A stretch of DNA of 64,000 nt from Dehalococcoidia bacterium (GTDB lineage: Bacteria > Chloroflexota > Dehalococcoidia > Lucifugimonadales > JAGWBF01), in the NCBI GenBank assembly GCA_965247295.1, contig CBDFGQ010000006.1, positions 235,868 to 299,867 on the forward strand, given 5' to 3'. Shown here piece after piece: positions 58,062 to 64,000 of this stretch (positions are counted from its first letter, which is position 1; each line of letters opens with the position of its first letter). The notes beneath the pieces are model-generated. The model was not told where the DNA came from. It searched no databases and worked only from the letters and a program-made list of their open reading frames with translations. A program made the translations under genes and the position numbers.

Positions 58062-59309
58062 TTGGCCCAACTGAGGCCACGGCGCATCGATGTGGGCGCC
58101 TGGGTGACCTACGACATAGCCAACACCGTCTTCTGGACCGGCGTGGTTGGCGTTTCCATTCCATTGTGGATCACCAGCGATGAGATGGGCGGCAACGACG
58201 CCACCCTGGGCTACACCCTGGCCGCCACGATGGTCGTGGTTCTGGCGATCTCACCGGTCCTGGGGGCCATCTCCGACCAGATGGCGCGAAGGAAGCCCCT
58301 GCTTATTGGCACCACGTTCATTTGCGTCCTCTCTACACTCCTTCTGGGCAGCGGGGGGCTCCTAACGGCCCTTAGCCTGTTCGCCCTCGCCTTGGCCACT
58401 ATGGAGCTGGGCACCATCGTCTACAATGCCCTCCTTTTCCAGGTAAGCACCGAGGACAACCGGGGCACCATATCGGGCTTGGGTCAGGGCATAGGATATA
58501 TAGGTGTCTTCATAGCCGTAGGGGTGGCCATTATTTTCAGCGAGTCGCGGGGCTACGTGTTCGTCTGCCAGGTGGTCGCCATCCTGTTCCTGGTCTTCGC
58601 CCTCCCTATTTTCTTTCTTCTGCGGGAGCGAGGTACACGGCTGTCTTCATCGGGGTACCTAAGCACGGTAGGCCAGGGGTTCGACCAGCTAGTTAGCAAC
58701 CTGAGAAGGCTCCACGAGTTTCGCGGCCTGCTCGATTTCCTCGGAGCTCGCCTCTTCTATAGTTTGGGGATCAACACAGCGGTGGCCTTTGCGGTAGTCT
58801 ATGCGTCACAGACTATTGACATGAGCGACCGGGAAATTTATCTGATACTCCTCACAGGGACCGCAGTCGCCATTCCCACAGCCTTGATCTGGGGCAGGAT
58901 AGTGGACCGCATCGGCCCAAGGCCGGTGATGACCACAGCCATCGGTATCTGGATAGGCTTGATGCTCTTTGCCGTGGCCATTCCGTGGCTGTCGTGGACC
59001 AGGCATCTGTGGTGGATAGTAGGAGGCCTGACTGGTGTGGCTATGGCAGGGATCTGGACGGCGGACCGACCCTACATGCTGATCTTCACCCCGCCCCAAT
59101 ACATGGGGGAGTTTTTCGGCCTCCACGGAATGGTTGGTAAGCTGGGGAGGGTCATCGGACCCTTCATGTGGGCCTTTATATCGGCCACCATGGGCCTGGG
59201 CCAGCCCGCGGCCTTGCTCAGCCTGGTGGGCTGCCTGGTCGTGTCTTATGTTATGCTACGGAGGGTCAGGGAGCCGGTCCCCTCACCAGCGGTGGGCCCA
59301 ATGAATTAG
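58062..59309 (+). CDS. MFS transporter (UMF1-like)
   Basis: WVTYDIAN, PVLGAISD, EFFGL; about 12 TM helices. Confidence 0.88.
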   Translation: MAQLRPRRIDVGAWVTYDIANTVFWTGVVGVSIPLWITSDEMGGNDATLGYTLAATMVVVLAISPVLGAISDQMARRKPLLIGTTFICVLSTLLLGSGGLLTALSLFALALATMELGTIVYNALLFQVSTEDNRGTISGLGQGIGYIGVFIAVGVAIIFSESRGYVFVCQVVAILFLVFALPIFFLLRERGTRLSSSGYLSTVGQGFDQLVSNLRRLHEFRGLLDFLGARLFYSLGINTAVAFAVVYASQTIDMSDREIYLILLTGTAVAIPTALIWGRIVDRIGPRPVMTTAIGIWIGLMLFAVAIPWLSWTRHLWWIVGGLTGVAMAGIWTADRPYMLIFTPPQYMGEFFGLHGMVGKLGRVIGPFMWAFISATMGLGQPAALLSLVGCLVVSYVMLRRVREPVPSPAVGPMN

Positions 59310-59375
59310 GCATCGGATCACCCCGGACACGGCCTGGCAATAGGTTATCCGTGAGCCCAATTAGTGCTCAGGAAC

Positions 59376-59473
59376 TGTCATTCTGAGCGAAGCTAAGAAT
59401 CTGGTGGCGGGAGTGGCCTCACACGATGGCACTGCCGACTCCCCAGACCCTTCGCCTTCGGCTCAGGGTGACA
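59376..59473. repeat. REP-like palindromic element
   Basis: TGTCATTCTGAGCGAAGCTAAGAATCTGG...CCAGACCCTTCGCCTTCGGCTCAGGGTGACA; same family as 54371. Confidence 0.7.
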
Positions 59474-59548
59474 GATTAGTGACAATTGCTTTGGGGACCC
59501 ACTACTAGACTCCTTTCCGTCGACGCGGCGGATGTCTATCGGTGCAAT

Positions 59549-62095
59549 ATGACTACGATTTGGCCCGGTGATAGTATCGAGGGTACCTGGGGCACGGTGG
59601 ACCTTCCGCCCGAGGGCAAGTACCGCCTCGTGGGCCGCGAAGCTGAGATGGTCCGGCTCGAGCACGCCCTGCAAGAGGCCCCCATCGTCGTCCTCACCGG
59701 GGCCGCCGGCGTCGGCAAGACGGAGCTGGCGTGCGGCTTCGGTCGCCGGCTACTCGACGGCAGACCACCGGACCGGGACGCCGCGGACCCCAACCTCTCG
59801 CCAGACCCCGTTGACGGGGAGGGTACGGGGCGGGTACCGAAGGGCGCTATCCTCTTCACCTCTTATGAGTACGGTGCGGGCCTCTGTCGCGTCTTGCATG
59901 AGATGGGGACGACGTTGCGCGGGATACACTTCGCCCGTCTCTCCCTGGAGCAGCAGCGCCAGTGGGCCCTGGATTATCTGAATCGTGGCCCCTCCCTTCT
60001 AATCTGGGACGGCTTCGACCAGGTGTTCCACTATCTCGATAATGATGAGATAGGGGAACTGCTCGACTTTTTGCGTGACCTGGGCGATGGACCCACCAGG
60101 GTGATAATCACCACCTCGGAGGAAGGCTGGCTTGACAGGTGCGAGGCAGACCACGTGCGAATGGAGCTGCATGGACTCAGCGACGCCGACACCCGTTGCC
60201 TGGCGGAGCTGATCCTGGATGGGGCCGTCGAAGATCGGAGCGACTGGGAGCCTGACTACTCTAGCCTGCTCGGAGGCCTGGAGGGCAACTCCATGTCCAT
60301 GCGAGTGGTCCTTCCACACCTCAAGGGAAACACCCCCGGCCGGGTGCTGAGCGCCCTGGCGCAGGCCAACCCAGAGGGTGCCTCGAAGGATGAGGCCGGA
60401 GAGACGGCGCTCAGGTGCTCGTTCTCGTTGCTTTCGCCGCGCACCACTGCACGTTTGCCGGTCCTCTCCCTCTTCCGCCAGCGGGTCCTCCTTGACGTGT
60501 TGACCTTTATAACCCAGGGGGAGGTCTACAAGTCGATCATGGGAGAGGAGATGGGGTGGGGTAGCTGCCGGACCCTCCTGAGAGAGGCACGCGACTGCGG
60601 TATTCTTGACTCCATCTCTCCAAGCGTGTACGTGATCCCGGCCCGAGTGTCCCGGTACCTGGCTCAGGAGCTGCCGAGTCGCCTTACGGCCTCCCGGGTG
60701 GGCCCGTTGGAGGAGGAGTTCGTACGCGTCTACGCCGACCTGGGGGACTATTTCATGGAAAACCTGACCTCGGAGAGCGCCGAGTCAACGGTCACCGGGG
60801 TGTTGGCCGAGGAGGCCAACCTCCTTCGGGCCCTGGACCTGGCCGAGCAGGGCGGCCAGTGGGAGCGCACCCAGCTGGTTCTCCAGCCCCTGGGACAGGT
60901 CTACAAGATGCAGGAGCGGCTGCCCGAGCTCCGGCGGCTTCGGCAGCGCCTCCTATCTCGTATAGGGCATCGGGCAGAGGAAGCCGTCCAAAAGGGGGCC
61001 GTCGAACTGTGGCTGTACATCCAGGGCTCCGAGGTCAACGACGCCATCGGGCGCCTGGAGCTGGACGGGGCCGAGGGCATCTGTCAGGAACTCCTGAGTT
61101 ACCTGGAGTCTACTGGCGAACGGCGCGACCCGGCACTGATAGCGTCGGTCTACCACCAGATGGGGCAGATCGCCCAGGGTAAGGCCCAGTACCCGCAAGC
61201 CGAGGAGCTGTACCACAAGTCCCTGGAGATCACCAAATCCCTTGGCAGCGAGGCCGAGGCCGAGGCCGCCGATAATTACCACCGGCTCGGGTCCATATCC
61301 CAGGCCCGGGGCAACTACGAGGAGGCTGAGGCCCGGTACCGGACGGCCCTCGAGATAAGGGAGCGCCTGGAGGACCAGGCCGAGGCGGCAAATGAATCCT
61401 ACCATCTGGGGTCCGTAGCCGAGGCACGAGGCGAGTTCGACGCGGCGTTTCAGTGGTATGACAGGGCACGACAGGGCTACGAGCAGAGTGGCGACCAGGC
61501 CAGCGGGGCCTCCGTCTACCACCGCCTGGGTCTCCTGTGCCAGGGGCGTTACGACTACGAGGAGGCCACGGGATGGTACCAGAGGGCCCTGCTGGTCTAT
61601 GAAGAGATCAACGATGAGGCGGCTGGAGCCAGCGATTGTTATGAGCTTGGGATGATAGCCCTGCGCCTCTATGAATACGGACAGGCCGAGGACTGGTTCC
61701 GACAGGCCCGGGATGCCTACGACAACCTCGCGGACGAAGGTGGTGTGGCCAACAGCTACCATCAGCTGGGGGTGGCGGCCCATGGCCAGCGGCAGCATGC
61801 GGATGCGGAGGGATGGTATCAGAAGGCCCTGGAGGTACTACTGCGGTTGGACGACGAGGTGACCGCGGCCATTACCTGGGGCCAACTGGGTCTACTGGCC
61901 GATCAAAGGGGCAATTATGCCCACGCCGTCTGGTACGTGGCCCACACCTTCGAGATAGCTAAAGTACACGATCTGCCGCTGGTCAGCCAGGCGAAAACGC
62001 ATCTGTCCAGTCTGAGGTTACGAATGGGGACCGCGGCCTTCCTTAAGTCCTGGGAAGAGGTCTCAGACAGCGACGTGCTACGGGAGCTGGAGTAG
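59549..62095 (+). CDS. STAND-like P-loop NTPase with C-terminal TPR array
   Basis: LVGRE, GAAGVGKT, LLIWDGFD, VIITT; repeated YH.LG...G.Y.EA..WY..AL. Confidence 0.85.
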   Translation: MTTIWPGDSIEGTWGTVDLPPEGKYRLVGREAEMVRLEHALQEAPIVVLTGAAGVGKTELACGFGRRLLDGRPPDRDAADPNLSPDPVDGEGTGRVPKGAILFTSYEYGAGLCRVLHEMGTTLRGIHFARLSLEQQRQWALDYLNRGPSLLIWDGFDQVFHYLDNDEIGELLDFLRDLGDGPTRVIITTSEEGWLDRCEADHVRMELHGLSDADTRCLAELILDGAVEDRSDWEPDYSSLLGGLEGNSMSMRVVLPHLKGNTPGRVLSALAQANPEGASKDEAGETALRCSFSLLSPRTTARLPVLSLFRQRVLLDVLTFITQGEVYKSIMGEEMGWGSCRTLLREARDCGILDSISPSVYVIPARVSRYLAQELPSRLTASRVGPLEEEFVRVYADLGDYFMENLTSESAESTVTGVLAEEANLLRALDLAEQGGQWERTQLVLQPLGQVYKMQERLPELRRLRQRLLSRIGHRAEEAVQKGAVELWLYIQGSEVNDAIGRLELDGAEGICQELLSYLESTGERRDPALIASVYHQMGQIAQGKAQYPQAEELYHKSLEITKSLGSEAEAEAADNYHRLGSISQARGNYEEAEARYRTALEIRERLEDQAEAANESYHLGSVAEARGEFDAAFQWYDRARQGYEQSGDQASGASVYHRLGLLCQGRYDYEEATGWYQRALLVYEEINDEAAGASDCYELGMIALRLYEYGQAEDWFRQARDAYDNLADEGGVANSYHQLGVAAHGQRQHADAEGWYQKALEVLLRLDDEVTAAITWGQLGLLADQRGNYAHAVWYVAHTFEIAKVHDLPLVSQAKTHLSSLRLRMGTAAFLKSWEEVSDSDVLRELE

Positions 62096-62115
62096 GGCAC
62101 CGAATAGCTTAGGCA

Positions 62116-62592
62116 CTACCCTCCGGCTGTCGCTATGGGTGTGGGGCTTCCAACGGCACCATCGTCGCGTGGCTCTTTGGCACAGCTGGGGCACCAGCCG
62201 TAAAAGTCCACCCTCTGGGAAGCGATCTCGAAGTCGGCGTGATTGGTCAGCTCCTCTTTCAGCAGGGTGATCTTGTCCATTCCTATATCCGAATCCACGA
62301 CGGTGCCGCAAGATACGCACACCAGGTTGGCGTGGGGAGACAGGTTAGCGTCGTACCTGGACAGTTTCTGAAATGGTAACTCCTGTACCAGGCCCTGTTT
62401 CTGCAACACGGACAGGGTTGAGTAGACGGTGGCCAGAGTGATGTAGGGAAACCTCTCGCTGACCCGCTCATAGATCTGTTGCACCGAAGGGTGATCGTTG
62501 GACCTGATTACCACTTCAGCAATGGCCAGCCGTTGGGGAGTAAGGCGTATACCCCAGCGCTTCAATTTCTGGGCTAGTTCTTCCTGATTCAT
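62116..62592 (-). CDS. Fur/PerR-family regulator
   Basis: RLTPQR, HPS, LATVY, CVSC, CPSC. Confidence 0.92.
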   Translation of the reverse strand: MNQEELAQKLKRWGIRLTPQRLAIAEVVIRSNDHPSVQQIYERVSERFPYITLATVYSTLSVLQKQGLVQELPFQKLSRYDANLSPHANLVCVSCGTVVDSDIGMDKITLLKEELTNHADFEIASQRVDFYGWCPSCAKEPRDDGAVGSPTPIATAGG

Positions 62593-63067
62593 AGGAGTAT
62601 CTCCTGCTACAGTTGGGTTGTCTGCCCGTGCCGGCGGCCCGGACCCACCACCCAGATTATTTATCGAGGTCCTGGCGGCTGCGCATCCCGCGTCGCACGG
62701 GACACTGCACCTGTTTTAAGGACATAATCGTTCGCGCGTTAGATTATACCGTCAGCGCCTTGCCCGTGTCAACCTGGCGGAGGGACCATAAGATGGCTTC
62801 CTATCACGCAATTGTGCCAAGAGTATGATTTATGGCGCGCTATTAATCTGACGCTGATGCCGATACCAAACCAACTGGCATAATTCAGTACTAAATCCGT
62901 CTATACGTTTCGAGGCCAGGCTGCCCACCCACCGTATCGCTACCCCGTTCGAGGGATTAACCAAGACCGGCCGCCTACCTTTATCCCTGTGATATACTAC
63001 ACCGAACGACGGCACCGAACCACCGAAAACAGCCTTGAATCAGCTTAAGGTTGAAAGGGGGGGAAGC

Positions 63068-63982
63068 ATGACAAGCACCACTGTGGGGAGCGGCAAGTAT
63101 ACCTATGAAATGAACGAGGACTGGGCGCATGTCCCAGAGGGCTGGGACATGCCGACTGCCGCGGTTGCCGTGGACTCCCAGGACCGGGTCTACGCCTTCA
63201 ACAGGGCGCCCGATCACCCGGTCATAGTATTTGACCGTGATGGCAGCTACCTCAATTCGTGGGGAGGAGGCGTGATCGCCATGGCCCACGCCATCTCCAT
63301 AGACGATTACGATAACGTCTGGCTGGTAGACCGCGACCACGGGCAGGTAATGAAGTTCACGACCCAGGGGGAGCTCCTCATGGCCATAGGTGCCAAGGAC
63401 TACCGCTCAGACACGGGAGTGGACCCGTCGGACTTCGGTTCCAACGCTTATAAGAACGTAACCCATGGTGGCGACCCCTTCAATCTGCCCGCCGGCATAG
63501 ACGTATCCCCCTCCGGTGAAATCTTCATCGCCGACGGCTACGCCAATAGCCGTATCCATCGGTTCTCCCCGGAAGGCAAGCACATCCTCTCGTGGGGTGA
63601 ACCTGGAAACGGGCCGGGACAGTTTCACCTTCCCCATGGAATCTGGATAGACCGGCAGGGCCGTGTCCTGGTGGCGGACAGGGAGAACGACCGCGTCCAG
63701 GTATTTACCCAGGAAGGTGAGCACATCACTACCTGGCCAACCTCCATGATCGGTCCCGCGCTGTTCTACGTGGACGATGAGGATACAGTCTACGTCCCCG
63801 AGCATAACGGAGGGTTCATCAGCATCCTGAACCTGGATGGTGAACGGCAGGCCCAGTGGGGCTCCGAGATCCACCGCTCCTGCCACGGAATCTGGGTGGA
63901 CTCCCACCGCGACATTTACGTGGTACAGCCGGGAGATTGGACCCCCAAGAGCAGGCGGGTGGTGAAGTTCGTCCGCAACTAA
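63068..63982 (+). CDS. NHL-repeat protein (paralog of 54678-55556)
   Basis: VDSQDRVY, ADGYANSRI, VADRENDRVQVF. Confidence 0.9.
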   Translation: MTSTTVGSGKYTYEMNEDWAHVPEGWDMPTAAVAVDSQDRVYAFNRAPDHPVIVFDRDGSYLNSWGGGVIAMAHAISIDDYDNVWLVDRDHGQVMKFTTQGELLMAIGAKDYRSDTGVDPSDFGSNAYKNVTHGGDPFNLPAGIDVSPSGEIFIADGYANSRIHRFSPEGKHILSWGEPGNGPGQFHLPHGIWIDRQGRVLVADRENDRVQVFTQEGEHITTWPTSMIGPALFYVDDEDTVYVPEHNGGFISILNLDGERQAQWGSEIHRSCHGIWVDSHRDIYVVQPGDWTPKSRRVVKFVRN

Positions 63983-64000
63983 TAGCTACGCGGCCTTGAG

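Overview
Bacterial chromosomal window, GC-rich. The gene content (LLM, NHL, SMP-30, form II CoxL-like, DinB, cyclase and SnoaL families, plus a Gram-positive-type LexA box) suggests Chloroflexota/Dehalococcoidia (SAR202-like); this is inference only. 1-13.8 kb is the tail end of a contractile-tail (myovirus-type) prophage: DUF3383-type sheath, two tube paralogs, a frameshifted chaperone, an IS3-truncated tape measure, baseplate and fibre genes. It ends at a tRNA 5'-half remnant near 13.9 kb. Two AT-richer orphans and an IS5 follow. The rest is host metabolism: split MetE, queG, trmI, a DsrE/F/H-like trio, CoxL-like/CoxD/CoxE, an Asp23/AmaP operon, mgtE, comEC and a Fur/PerR regulator. The most notable items are: (i) a two-gene cassette pairing a SocA/Panacea(DUF4065)-like protein with a Thr1 proteasome-beta-like protease, behind a consensus promoter and a LexA-like box; (ii) a ~95-aa sheath domain tandemly amplified in the sheath and also copied into baseplate J; (iii) a TxxU selenocysteine peroxiredoxin missed by the ORF track; (iv) a MITE sharing ends with the IS5. 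All family calls come from motif recognition by eye, not database searches.
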